DNA of 64,000 nucleotides from an uncultured Desulfatitalea sp. (GCA_963668675.2 CAXXMB010000001.1:896001-960000); one strand, 5' to 3'; numbered from the stretch's first letter, positions 20,413 to 30,394 are shown. A program made the numbers and translations. The notes: generated by a model not told the origin, from the sequence alone.

Positions 20413-21117
20413 TCAGGCCATCGGGTGGTTGTTTTTGGAAAAAAAATCCGTGATATGGTCGATAATATGATGATCGAGCGTTTCTGCCGGATCACCGTGT
20501 TGGGTCAGACGGAATTGCCCCTGCTCCAACCCGGGGCCGGCCTCGATGGCGATGCTCGGCTGATCGGGCCATGAGAGCCGATGCTCTTTCATCAGTTGCA
20601 TCAGATAGTTTAGGTCATCTCCGTTCATCTGAACCAGGTATCGGTTTGCAAGCGCGATGGAGCGGCGCAGGGCGCTTTTCAAATAATCCGCATCGCATGT
20701 TCCGGGGGCATCCCCGGTCACTTGCTCAACGATGGACATCGCCAAAGCGATTGAATCCTCACTGCCCTTATCCTCAGCAATCCGGGCCTGGAGGACCATG
20801 GCGTTCAGTTGCTCGATCATCTGTTTAAGGTGCGGCAACAGCGACGCCTGTGCCATCCGGCCGGCTTCTGCTCTGCCACCCTCTTGACCTCGTCCCATAG
20901 CAACTTGCTGCACCTCTTCAAGGAAGGCCGCCAGCTCTTTTCCCTTTAAATGCTGATGATCCCCGGAGGCAGATCCGTCTTGACGGTAGAGTGGCTGGAA
21001 AAATGCGCAGGCATTGTCTGCTTCAGGCGCCTCCGCGGCCGGTTCTTCTGCTGGGCTGCAAAGGGGCTTGAATTCACAGGCGGCGGGCGGATCCTGATGG
21101 TTATCTGTTTTACCCAT
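20413..21117 (-). CDS. Divergent FliH-like protein
   Basis: N-terminal F-x-P-L motifs; AxxxGxxxGxxxA repeat (AMGRGQEGGRAEA); IALAMSIVEQV helix; VQMNGDD and PGLEQG resemble the FliH C-domain. Confidence 0.6.
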   Translation of the reverse strand: MGKTDNHQDPPAACEFKPLCSPAEEPAAEAPEADNACAFFQPLYRQDGSASGDHQHLKGKELAAFLEEVQQVAMGRGQEGGRAEAGRMAQASLLPHLKQMIEQLNAMVLQARIAEDKGSEDSIALAMSIVEQVTGDAPGTCDADYLKSALRRSIALANRYLVQMNGDDLNYLMQLMKEHRLSWPDQPSIAIEAGPGLEQGQFRLTQHGDPAETLDHHIIDHITDFFSKNNHPMA

Positions 21118-21171
21118 GTTTCAAATCGATCTGTTTTTCATCATCTCGTCTTGGGGTTGCCAAACGCAGGG

Positions 21172-22248
21172 TCAGGCACACTTCTGCAGGTCGTAACGCT
21201 TTATCTTCTCCACCAGTGTCGTTCGTTTCACCTGGAGCAGCTTGGCAGCTTTGTTTTTCACCCAGTCTGTTTTTTCAAGAGATTGATAGATCAGGTTTTT
21301 TTCAAATTCGCTGACCGCTGTGTTGAGACAGATCCCCTCCCTGCTCAGCTCGGGTACACTCATGCCGATATCGGGTGTGTACATAGCGCCGGCCGGTTTG
21401 ATCTTGGCAGGTAGATCGGCGACGTCCAGGACACCCTCTCCCTTCAACACCACCAATCGTTCGAGCATATTGGCCAATTCGCGTACATTACCCGGCCAGG
21501 CGTGCCTTACAAGTGTCTCCACGGCTCCCTGGGTAATGCCCTCCACCTGGGACTTTTTTTCGCGGTTGAGCTTGTTGAGGAAATAGTGTGTCAGAAGGGG
21601 GATATCGACTTGCCGATCTTTAAGAGAGGGCAGTTGAATCGGGATAACATAGAGTCTGTAAAAGAGGTCTTCACGGAAATTGCCTTTTTGGACAGCCTCT
21701 TCCAGGTCACGATGGGTTGCCGCAATGATACGCACATCCACCTTTACTGTTTTACAGCCGCCCACAGGTTCAAACTCTCGCTCTTCGAGCACCTTCAACA
21801 CTTTGACCTGTAGATCCGGACTCATATCTCCAATCTCGTCCAGAAAGATGGTACCGCCGTTGGCCACTTCAAATTTGCCGATCTTGGCCGAAGTTGCCCC
21901 GGTAAACGCGCCTTTTATATGACCGAACAGCTCGCTTTCCAGTAAGTTTTCAGGAATGGCACCGCAATTGATGGCGACAAATGGCTTTCCCCTGCGGTAT
22001 GAACTGGTATGTATGGCCTTGGCCACCAACCCTTTTCCCGTACCGGTTTCACCATTAATTAATACAGTGCTGTCGCTGTCTGCGACGCGCTCGATCAATT
22101 TAAACACGCCCTGCATCGATTTGCTTTTTCCAACGACGCCGTGAAAACTGCTATTCTGAGTAAACGCCTCCGAATCGAAACCTTCGCAGTAACAACCACC
22201 TGTTTCATCGCTGTCGCCTGGACGAACTGCCACGTTTTGCACGCTCAC
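21172..22248 (-). CDS. sigma54-dependent activator (FleQ/FlrA-like AAA+-HTH, no sensory domain)
   Basis: [23 protein letters not shown]-terminal [11 protein letters not shown] typical of FleQ-like HTH. Confidence 0.88.
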   Translation of the reverse strand: MSVQNVAVRPGDSDETGGCYCEGFDSEAFTQNSSFHGVVGKSKSMQGVFKLIERVADSDSTVLINGETGTGKGLVAKAIHTSSYRRGKPFVAINCGAIPENLLESELFGHIKGAFTGATSAKIGKFEVANGGTIFLDEIGDMSPDLQVKVLKVLEEREFEPVGGCKTVKVDVRIIAATHRDLEEAVQKGNFREDLFYRLYVIPIQLPSLKDRQVDIPLLTHYFLNKLNREKKSQVEGITQGAVETLVRHAWPGNVRELANMLERLVVLKGEGVLDVADLPAKIKPAGAMYTPDIGMSVPELSREGICLNTAVSEFEKNLIYQSLEKTDWVKNKAAKLLQVKRTTLVEKIKRYDLQKCA

Positions 22249-22305
22249 CCTCCATCTGGTTTGGGTTCTATGTGGACGTTGGATTGGATGTCGGGGCTAT
22301 AAGTT

Positions 22306-22321
22306 AGCAAAGCGTGTGCCA
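22306..22321 (-). promoter_or_regulatory. sigma54 promoter
   Basis: Minus strand TGGCACACGCTTTGCT, near-consensus. Confidence 0.85.
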
Positions 22322-22805
22322 CCACACTCCAGGTCAATTGCTTTACCGCCTCAGCCCCATACCGACAGAGAGATGTTGTCACCGCTATCGGCCCTATTCA
22401 TCAATGACTACACCTTCTCCGGCATACTTGTTCAAGCAGATGGCAACTTTTTTTCTGCTTTCGCATTGCCCTCCGAAACCGATCAAATACCCATCTCAAA
22501 ATTTGCATATTGCATAATGTAAAACCCACTATCAAACCGACAGCTCGGATTCAGTGATTGTTTTTTATTTTATCGAAACCAAATTCTCGTTTTCATCAGG
22601 TCCACAAAAACATCTTATCTATACGATATATAGTCTAAATATTAATTTTATCTATTTTTATGACAACTAAAAAATACACTCACAGACCTTCCTCTCACAC
22701 CTAATATAAGGCATATGGCCCAACACATTTGCAATTTGCATAATGCAACATCCCCATAGACTCCGGAGCTGCCCTAAAAAAATCGTTTGATGAAAGAAAA
22801 AAGCC

Positions 22806-22832
22806 TAAAGTTTCATCGCAAGTGCACGATAA
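22806..22832 (+). promoter_or_regulatory. sigma28 (FliA) promoter for flagellin
   Basis: TAAAGTTT-N11-CACGATAA versus consensus TAAAGTTT-N11-GCCGATAA. Confidence 0.8.
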
Positions 22833-22982
22833 CCATAGTGTCAGGCGCAATCTGAGCGGGAAAGGAGGCGACGCGATAATTTAGAGCCGGTGCTATCTGA
22901 TCTTAGTGAGGATTTCAACTGAAACAAACCTATTTAAAAGGCCAGAAGGCCGAAAAACATCCTAGAAAAGGAGAATCACACC

Positions 22983-23828
22983 ATGGCACAATCCATTACA
23001 CTTACCTCGGGAATGAGAAAAAACCTGTTCAGTCTGCAGAAGACCCAGCAGATGCTGGAAACCACCCAGACCCGTCTGGCCACAGGCCTGCGTGTCCAAA
23101 AAGCTGTGGACGATCCGATCAACTACTTTACAGCTCTCGAGCATCGTCAGCGCGCTGATGACCTCTCTGTTCGTAAAGATGAAATGTCTGAATCTATTCA
23201 GTTGATCAACGCCGCCAATGATGGCGTGGAATCCATCAACGCTCTGATCGCTTCCGCCAAGTCCTTGGCACAGTCCGCCCTCTCCTCAGCCACGACCAGC
23301 GAACTGACCACTCTGGAGAGTCAATACCAGCAAGTGCTTTGCCAGATCGACCTCCTGGCGGACGACTCCAGCTACAAAGGCGTCAACCTGCTGGAAGGCA
23401 CCACGGTGACTCACACAGTCAAGTTTGACGAAAAGGGCGACTCCAGTCTGACCATGACCGGCTTCGATGCCAGCTCCACCGGCGTGACGCTGTCTCTTGT
23501 TTCCTTGACATCCCAAGATTGGGTCAGCGCGGGCGGCGTAGCCGACCTGGATGAAATCAACTCGGCCATTTCGGCTCTGGATACGGCCACCACGACACTC
23601 AGATCGGAAGCTCAGAAGCTCTCCACCAACTTGAGCACCATCACCATCCGTCAGGATTTTACCCAGGGCATGATCAACACTCTGCAGGACGGTGCCGGCA
23701 ACCTGACCAACGCCGACATGAATGAAGAGGGCGCCAACATGCTGATGCTCCAGACCCGTCAGCAACTGGGTACCACTTCGTTGAGCATGGCTTCACAGGC
23801 CGCTCAGTCGGTATTGAGACTGTTCTAA
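22983..23828 (+). CDS. Flagellin (short, alphaproteobacterial-like N-terminus)
   Basis: ITLTSGMRKNLFSLQ...RLATGLRV; ADMNEEGANMLMLQTRQQL...SVLRLF; AAGGAG RBS. Confidence 0.95.
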   Translation: MAQSITLTSGMRKNLFSLQKTQQMLETTQTRLATGLRVQKAVDDPINYFTALEHRQRADDLSVRKDEMSESIQLINAANDGVESINALIASAKSLAQSALSSATTSELTTLESQYQQVLCQIDLLADDSSYKGVNLLEGTTVTHTVKFDEKGDSSLTMTGFDASSTGVTLSLVSLTSQDWVSAGGVADLDEINSAISALDTATTTLRSEAQKLSTNLSTITIRQDFTQGMINTLQDGAGNLTNADMNEEGANMLMLQTRQQLGTTSLSMASQAAQSVLRLF

Positions 23829-23882
23829 GGTGATCGGATAATCATTTCCTCAAAACAGATCTCTCGAACGAGATTCACTTAA

Positions 23883-23921
23883 AACGCATGCTGAAGGGGC
23901 CTCGCTCCTTCAGCATGCGTT
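23883..23921 (+). terminator. Strong hairpin after flagellin (terminator or mRNA-stabilising stem)
   Basis: AACGCATGCTGAAGG-GGCCTCGCT-CCTTCAGCATGCGTT; no long U tract. Confidence 0.6.
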
Positions 23922-23935
23922 GAGGTAGGTGCTCC

Positions 23936-24592
23936 GTGAAAGCTGAGGAGATCCACTCAATCGATTTCACCCATGTCAAGATGGCGACCCCGCTTGACCG
24001 ACCCTCCTACGAACCGACTCGGCCAGCTCCGCAGAGACATAGTGATATCGTCACGACGCCCCCCCTTGACCACATCCGGTTCAACAAACTGGAAACGAAC
24101 AATACCCACTCTCAAGATGTGGCCAAACAGATACGCGAAGTCCACGAAACCATGAAAGAGGTGGACGGGCACCTGCAGCAGATGCAGTCCCACCTATACG
24201 GTATCGTCAAGATGTATCCGCCCTACCCTCCAGACAGCTCTGAGCGCGTGGAGGCGCTTCGCCAATTCAGCGGCCTGCGCAATATGATCGATCGTCTCGC
24301 TGCTCCGGCAGGCCCGGATGACATGAGAAAGATCATGGGCGATCCATCCCGAACCCCCCAGTCCGGAGATTGGCACATGTCCGATGAGGGCCAGTCACAG
24401 CAACTGATGATTCACCACCAACCGATTCACAGCGGCAGGGGTGGACTCGACTTGCCGGCTCCAGGCGATGTCGGAAGCGATGCCCAACTGACCGACTTGA
24501 TAAATCACACCATCTCGGCAAGAGAAACACTGCAGAACAGGCATCGGTCCTTCGTTGCCGATGCCAACCGTATCATTGTTCAAATAAGTTGA
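23936..24592 (+). CDS. Hypothetical flagellin-locus protein (YPPYPP motif)
   Basis: 218-aa ORF with GAGG RBS, between flagellin and flbT. Confidence 0.75.
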   Translation: MKAEEIHSIDFTHVKMATPLDRPSYEPTRPAPQRHSDIVTTPPLDHIRFNKLETNNTHSQDVAKQIREVHETMKEVDGHLQQMQSHLYGIVKMYPPYPPDSSERVEALRQFSGLRNMIDRLAAPAGPDDMRKIMGDPSRTPQSGDWHMSDEGQSQQLMIHHQPIHSGRGGLDLPAPGDVGSDAQLTDLINHTISARETLQNRHRSFVADANRIIVQIS

Positions 24593-24608
24593 TGGCACGA
24601 AAAATGCT
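24593..24608 (+). promoter_or_regulatory. sigma54 promoter for flbT-flaF
   Basis: TGGCACGAAAAATGCT. Confidence 0.8.
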
Positions 24609-24699
24609 GGTTTAAGTTCCAGATCAAACAGTCGATATAGTAGTCAGTCCCACAGGATAAACCCGACACCCAAATTAAGCAGACAACCGGTTTTAGATC

Positions 24700-25116
24700 A
24701 TGGCACTGAAAATCACACTGAAACCCAATGAAAAGATGATCATCGGCGGAGCCGTAATCACCAACGGTCCAAACAAGGGCGAATTCATTGTGGAAAACAA
24801 TGTTCCCATTCTGCGCCAAAACAACATCCTCTCTCCGGATGATGCTGACACCCCGGCGCGCAGGATATACCTGGCCATCCAATTGATGTATGTGGACACA
24901 CCCAACCTGGGCAACTACCAGGAGCTCTATTGGAAATTAATCCGCCAGTTTGTTCAGGCAGCGCCCAGCTCGCTGGAACTGATCGACAAGATCAACGAAA
25001 TGATTTTTCGGGAAAACTACTACCAAGCGCTCAAATTGACCCAAGAGTTGATCGCGTTTGAAGAGGAGGTAATTGAACGTGCTACAATATGCAGTGAAAT
25101 CCTACCAGTCGGTTGA
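24700..25116 (+). CDS. flbT: Flagellin translation regulator FlbT
   Basis: MALKITLKPNEKMIIGGAVITNG...ADTPARRIYLAIQLMY...YYQALK. Confidence 0.93.
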   Translation: MALKITLKPNEKMIIGGAVITNGPNKGEFIVENNVPILRQNNILSPDDADTPARRIYLAIQLMYVDTPNLGNYQELYWKLIRQFVQAAPSSLELIDKINEMIFRENYYQALKLTQELIAFEEEVIERATICSEILPVG

Positions 25117-25462
25117 TAAGGAGTCCATGACCGGGCGTGACACCGAAGCCCGTGTACTCACTCAGGGGGCGCTCAAATTACTGGACTGCCAAAAAAATTG
25201 GGATGCGCCAAACCGCAACGCCCTCCTGGATGAAGCCCTGAGATACAATCAAAGGATATGGACCTTTTTCCAGGTTGAGGTGTCCAAAGAAGAGAACCCG
25301 TTGCCGAGAAATATCAAACAGAACATCTTTCATCTCAGTCGGTTTGTCGACCAACGCATCTTCGATACCATGGCCTTTCCGGAGTCCGCCAAACTGGACA
25401 TCCTGATCAAGATCAACCAGAACATTGCAGCCGGACTGCGCGGCTCGTCTTCCGATATTTAA
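25073..25462 (+). CDS. flaF: Flagellin chaperone/regulator FlaF
   Basis: GRDTEARVL...ALRYNQRIWT...NPLP...INQNIAAGL; GAGGAGG RBS before TTG. Confidence 0.9.
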   Translation: MNVLQYAVKSYQSVDKESMTGRDTEARVLTQGALKLLDCQKNWDAPNRNALLDEALRYNQRIWTFFQVEVSKEENPLPRNIKQNIFHLSRFVDQRIFDTMAFPESAKLDILIKINQNIAAGLRGSSSDI

Positions 25463-25651
25463 ACCATTATAAAAACGCGCCGCAGGATTCGTTTTTTTTG
25501 ACCGGCGGCGCGATGCTATCCGAACGCCAAGGCCTTGCCGCTGACCTGAACAGCCATCAAATTGGCATATCAATGTCAATCGTTCGGCAATTGCATGGCG
25601 GAAACGCATCTACTATGTTCCATTTTTTTATGTTTGCTTTTGAATCAACGA

Positions 25652-25786
25652 TGATGCTCTCGCAAAAACTCCTAAAAGTCCGTTTCCCGTCATTCCGGCG
25701 AAAGCCAGAATCCATCTTTTTCATTGGCTTCTGGATGCCGGATCACGTCCGGCATGACGTGTGAACGACTTTTTACGAATCCATCA
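25652..25786. repeat. ~135-bp palindromic MITE/REP-like element, copy B
   Basis: Termini TGATG..TCGCAAAAA and TTTTTACGA..CATCA; internal GTCATTCCGGCGAAAGCCAGAATCC and CCGGATCACGTCCGGCATGAC palindromes. Confidence 0.75.
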
Positions 25787-25902
25787 ACTTTCGGATTTCG
25801 CAAAATCCACCCATCGGACTCGCCGGTTCTAAAACCCGAAGGCTGAGCGTTAACTATTGCCAAATAACGTGTCCGGTTTTACCAAAAAATATAATCGTCC
25901 CA

Positions 25903-25918
25903 TGGCACCGATCTTGCT
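25903..25918 (+). promoter_or_regulatory. sigma54 promoter
   Basis: TGGCACCGATCTTGCT. Confidence 0.85.
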
Positions 25919-25950
25919 GATGTTTTAAGCCAGGAAGAACTCAAGGGGAG

Positions 25951-28029
25951 TTGCTTTCTAAGCCTTTAACGAATTTTTATTCCAAAGATTGTTGGCGCGG
26001 CACTGCATCTTTCATGAAGCAGCTATCCTACATCGATAATGGTCCTGACCAAACTCGTGGAGACGACCTGATCCAAACAGGAAGCCGTCATCTTGCAGCT
26101 GGTCGTCCGCTTCAGGCGCTATCCCTATTTGAGCGGGCTCTGGCGAGCCAGCCGAAATCCGCGATTCCCTTTTTCAATGCGGCCGTAGCGTGCCATCAAC
26201 TGAACGATCTTATAAAAGCGATCGATTACTACCAACAAGCACTGGACCGATCACCGACTTTAAACGTCGCCCTTTTTAATAAGGGTGTCGCGTATATTCA
26301 GGCTGATGCTCCCCATGCGGCCATCCCCCTCTTTATTAAGGCCATTGAAAACAATCCGAAGTATATCGAAGCCCTTTACAATTTGGGCGTCGCCTATGAA
26401 CGCTCGGGAGAGGCTGAAAAGGCGATATCGGCCTACTCCCGCGCCTTGAACATCGACCCGAACCATATTCAGGGCGCATTCAGCCTGGGAAACCTTTTTC
26501 TGCGGCATGGCGATGCCGACCAGGCATTGAAATGGTTTAAACATGCACTCGCTTTGGCACCCGAATGGGGAGTGCTGCTCAACAACATCGGCAAGGCTCA
26601 CCAGCTCAATGGGAACGACGAACAGGCCCTGTCCCATTTCAAAAAAGCCGCACAGCTGTCGCCGGATCTTGCAGAAGCCTGGTTTAACCTTGCTGAAATG
26701 GATATGAAGACCAATCAGTTGTCATCGGCTGTGGAAAACTACCAAAAAGCGATTGCCATCAATCCCGGCATGAGCGCCGCTTACAACAACATGGGCAATG
26801 CGCTGAGGGATTTAGACAGATACCCCGAAGCGATCGCTGCATTTAAAAAAGTGCTGGACCTCGATCCCGATCTTCCCCAGGGACATTACAACCTGGGTGG
26901 GGTGTACCGTCTGATCGAAGATTTTCCATCTGCCGTGAAGCATTTATCAAAGGCCATTCAGCTTTCACCCGGCTATGCCGATGCCTGGAACAATCTGGGG
27001 TTGACTTGCAAAAACATGGGGGATTTTGACCGTGCGCTCCTCTATTTCAATCGTGCCCTCAAGTTAGCGCCGGGATTAGCGATTGCCCGTTGGAATCGGT
27101 CGTTCGTTCACTTTTTAAAGAACAACTGGCAGGAAGGCTGGGAGGATTTCGAAGTGCGCTTCGATTTGCCCCAACACCGGAGCATCTATCCGCATAGAAT
27201 CGAAGGAGAGCGGTGGGACGGAAACCCAATCCCGCATCAAACCCTCCTCGTCCACGACGAACAGGGTCTGGGTGATGCCTTTCAATTCATCAGGTGGCTA
27301 CCCTGGGCCAAAGCGCGCTGCGGGCGCCTGGTGTTCGAAACGCGGCCCGAAATCGCACCACTGATCGAAAACAGTTTGGGGATCGACGAGATTGTGGAAC
27401 GATCATCCCAAAAAGCACCTGACGTGCCGTTCGATCACTATATTCCCCTGATGAGTATCCCCAGGCTGATCAATCTGTATCCGGAACGATTGACGGATTG
27501 GGCACCCTATATCAAAGCGCCGGAAGCCAAAATATCCCAATGGCGTTCGCGCCTTTCCGATGGACGATTGAAGGTGGGGATTGTATGGGCCGGGCGGCCG
27601 GAACACGGAAACGATGCCAATCGATCCTGCCGTATCGATGCGTTTATGCAACTGTTCCAAAATCAATCGATTCAGTTCATCGGACTGCAGAAGGGGGCGG
27701 CTGAACATCAGCTCGATGACCTCCCGTTCAGCAACGCTACCAATCTGGGAAGCCAACTGAACAGTTTCTCCGATACGGCCGCCATCCTTACCCAACTCGA
27801 TCTAGTAATCACTGTAGACACATCCGTGGCTCATCTGGCAGGCGCCATGGGACGCCCGGTCTGGGTTCTGATTCCCCACATTCCCGATTGGCGCTGGGGC
27901 ACTCATGGAAGTCACACCCCATGGTACCCGACCATGAAGTTGTTTCGTCAATCCAGACCAAAAGAGTGGGAAACGGTCATCGAGAGTATATCCAGGGAAC
28001 TCGATCACCTCGCTGCGCAAAGGGCATGA
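25951..28029 (+). CDS. TPR-repeat GT-B glycosyltransferase (GT9-like C-terminus)
   Basis: About ten TPRs then EQGLGD, GIVWAG, DLVITVDTSVAHLAGAMG, DWRW, PWYP; true start may be the ATG at 26014. Confidence 0.88.
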   Translation: MLSKPLTNFYSKDCWRGTASFMKQLSYIDNGPDQTRGDDLIQTGSRHLAAGRPLQALSLFERALASQPKSAIPFFNAAVACHQLNDLIKAIDYYQQALDRSPTLNVALFNKGVAYIQADAPHAAIPLFIKAIENNPKYIEALYNLGVAYERSGEAEKAISAYSRALNIDPNHIQGAFSLGNLFLRHGDADQALKWFKHALALAPEWGVLLNNIGKAHQLNGNDEQALSHFKKAAQLSPDLAEAWFNLAEMDMKTNQLSSAVENYQKAIAINPGMSAAYNNMGNALRDLDRYPEAIAAFKKVLDLDPDLPQGHYNLGGVYRLIEDFPSAVKHLSKAIQLSPGYADAWNNLGLTCKNMGDFDRALLYFNRALKLAPGLAIARWNRSFVHFLKNNWQEGWEDFEVRFDLPQHRSIYPHRIEGERWDGNPIPHQTLLVHDEQGLGDAFQFIRWLPWAKARCGRLVFETRPEIAPLIENSLGIDEIVERSSQKAPDVPFDHYIPLMSIPRLINLYPERLTDWAPYIKAPEAKISQWRSRLSDGRLKVGIVWAGRPEHGNDANRSCRIDAFMQLFQNQSIQFIGLQKGAAEHQLDDLPFSNATNLGSQLNSFSDTAAILTQLDLVITVDTSVAHLAGAMGRPVWVLIPHIPDWRWGTHGSHTPWYPTMKLFRQSRPKEWETVIESISRELDHLAAQRA

Positions 28030-28081
28030 GCGAAAGCCGGAATCCAGGATTTACTGGATCCCGGATCAAGTATGGGATGAC
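28030..28081. repeat. Partial copy of the palindromic repeat between convergent genes
   Basis: GCGAAAGCCGGAATCCA...TGGATCCCGGATCAAGTATGGGATGAC. Confidence 0.65.
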
Positions 28082-28141
28082 GCAGGTTGGCCTATTGTGC
28101 TGCCGGTTGAATAAAATCCTGACGCATCATCACAAAACCAA

Positions 28142-30394
28142 TCAATCTTCTATCAACGTCAGCAGTCGCTCGGCAGTGTGCGCCCAGCTCATCATTTTCA
28201 GGTCTTCACCCGCCCGAAGTCCGTATTGTGCGATGGCAGTTCGATTGGCGTAGGCATGTTCGAGACAGTCGACGAGGTCGTCCAAGTGGGGTTCCTCCCA
28301 GATACCGATCTCCGCTCCTCCCCCCTCCACGATACGGATCTCTTTGAGGTCGTTCAAACGAATGGCGTTGTCCTGTGTGAGTATATCTTTGTGTCCGCTG
28401 CAGTTGCTGGCGATGACCGGCTTGGCGCAGGCCATGTACTCCATCAACACCAGATTGGTGCCCCCTTCGCAGCGATTGGGAAACACGCCGATATCGGTTT
28501 GAGCATAAAGGCTTCTCAGCTCTGCGTGGTCAACCAAGTCATGGGTGATTATCCTCCCGGCGTCCAGCTCATTGATTGCATAGAGGCGCTGCATATTCTT
28601 CTGCCAAGAAAGATCCTTTCGGTATGAAAACGAGATATGCGGGGAACTCTCCATCATGCGTATCGAGGCGGGCCATGAGTTGTACCAGCAGTTGATCAGC
28701 CATACATCGGAATGTCTCTCCTGAAGGATCTTCACCGCTTTCAATACCAGGTCTTGCCCCTTGCGCAGTTCGAATTTCCCACCGGAGAAAATGACGAAAC
28801 GGTCACTGCGCGGTGCTGTTTCGACCGGAAAAAAAAGCTCCGGATCGACACCCTGGATCAGGACATCGCAATTTTCGATCCCCTTTTCAAGCATACGGTC
28901 CCGGCACCAGGTGGAACCCGCCAAGACCAGATCGAACGTTTTGGCGTTCTCTACCGACTGTTGGCCGAGCCGCTTCTCAAAAAAGGTGTATCCATAGTTT
29001 CGTTCACCACGAACGTGTTCGAAGAGCGGAAAGAATTCAGCACCGGTCAATGCATGCAGGACCTTGCCAGGCAATCGGTGATTCCCCCTAGCCGGTTCTC
29101 CTTGGCTGAGATCCTCAACGGGTATTCGCCTGGAGAGCTCATTTTTCAGGTAACGGCTGCATATGCCCCAACCATGGACATTGCCTTTGTCAATTCCCAA
29201 AAAGAGAGGCTGCCCTCTCACCTCTCTGTGTTCGGATTGTGTCGCTGCCTCTTTAGCCATCCCCCGATGCAGGCCGCATAATTCCATATATCTTCGCCCT
29301 TGGGAAGCGAGGCCATGCAGCCCGCCTTTTGTGTAAAGATCGATGCGACTTTGAATCTCGCTTATCTGCTGCTTGTTTATGCATGCCTGATAGTCAAAGG
29401 GTACACTTTGGTGACGATCCACTTTTTGGGCCACACATATGAATGACCACCGGTAAATCAGCGGCGCCATGTATACAACACGAACATCTGACAGTAGATC
29501 CAAAATACGCTGAAGGCTCGATTGTGTAAAAGCATGCTTGTGGGTTTTATCCATCCCTATGGTGTCTAAAACTTCGTCGTCAGGAACTATCATACCGAGG
29601 ATGCCCCCCGGCCTGAGGACGCGTATCCACTCCTGCAGCGCCTTGAGCGGATCCTGGTAGTGTTCGAGGTTGTGTCTCTGAACCACATAATCGAGGCTTT
29701 CGTCTTCGAAAACATTGAGATCATCGCCCGAGCAGACGATGTCTGCCTGGCTTCTTAGACTGAGGCTATCGCTATCGGCGGTTGGTGACTCTCCATTGGC
29801 CACCAGATCCACACCAATCGCATCAGGATGGGTCTTGCGATGGCCGCACCCCACGTCAATACCCCTGCCCTGACAGAGGGGATAGAGCGCCATCCTCTCC
29901 GGATGATGCTCATCGAGGAAAAAACGCTGTAGCAGAGACAGCACGAAATCGTCCTCTTTGATCCTCAGGGCAGCCCACCAGTGTCTATTGGCCCGACTGA
30001 TCAATCCCAACGTGAAATCGGTGATACCGGCATAGATATGCAACCAGTAATCGTCTGGGAAAAGGGTTGCGGCCTTGGAAAAAAAGATTGCAGCGTCTGA
30101 CACGCGACCGTTCAGGAGGTGGCACATGGCACCGTTGAAGAGGGCACTGAATGCATCACCGTTCGGACCACGGCTCAACCCTTCGAATATACAGGAGGCC
30201 TCCTCCAGCTCTGCCCGAGCCGCCAGTTCGAATGCATTGCGCCACTTCTTGGACAACAACTCGTCCGTTTCGGGATGTGCCTGCCGGAAGTCTGTATAGG
30301 CCTGTTCGAAATTGTATTCGATTCGAAATGGGATAGCCTTTGCCAGTTCATCTTTCAGGCTCAAAATGATCATTGTCTCCTGTCTCATGGTCAA
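28142..30394 (-). CDS. TPR-like + class I SAM methyltransferase + GT4 glycosyltransferase fusion
   Basis: IDVGCG, HNLEH, WIRVLRPGG; then GGKFELRKGQD and FPNRCEGGTNLVLMEYMAC. Confidence 0.85.
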   Translation of the reverse strand: MTMRQETMIILSLKDELAKAIPFRIEYNFEQAYTDFRQAHPETDELLSKKWRNAFELAARAELEEASCIFEGLSRGPNGDAFSALFNGAMCHLLNGRVSDAAIFFSKAATLFPDDYWLHIYAGITDFTLGLISRANRHWWAALRIKEDDFVLSLLQRFFLDEHHPERMALYPLCQGRGIDVGCGHRKTHPDAIGVDLVANGESPTADSDSLSLRSQADIVCSGDDLNVFEDESLDYVVQRHNLEHYQDPLKALQEWIRVLRPGGILGMIVPDDEVLDTIGMDKTHKHAFTQSSLQRILDLLSDVRVVYMAPLIYRWSFICVAQKVDRHQSVPFDYQACINKQQISEIQSRIDLYTKGGLHGLASQGRRYMELCGLHRGMAKEAATQSEHREVRGQPLFLGIDKGNVHGWGICSRYLKNELSRRIPVEDLSQGEPARGNHRLPGKVLHALTGAEFFPLFEHVRGERNYGYTFFEKRLGQQSVENAKTFDLVLAGSTWCRDRMLEKGIENCDVLIQGVDPELFFPVETAPRSDRFVIFSGGKFELRKGQDLVLKAVKILQERHSDVWLINCWYNSWPASIRMMESSPHISFSYRKDLSWQKNMQRLYAINELDAGRIITHDLVDHAELRSLYAQTDIGVFPNRCEGGTNLVLMEYMACAKPVIASNCSGHKDILTQDNAIRLNDLKEIRIVEGGGAEIGIWEEPHLDDLVDCLEHAYANRTAIAQYGLRAGEDLKMMSWAHTAERLLTLIED

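Noticed and set aside
22716..22733. TGGC...TTGCA upstream of flagellin as a sigma54 promoter
   Set aside because: GG-to-GC spacing is 12, not 10; a good sigma28 site lies downstream
22840..22900. c-di-GMP-I riboswitch in the flagellin leader (GAAA...GACGC)
   Set aside because: The required P2 stem does not pair and the following GCAAA motif is absent
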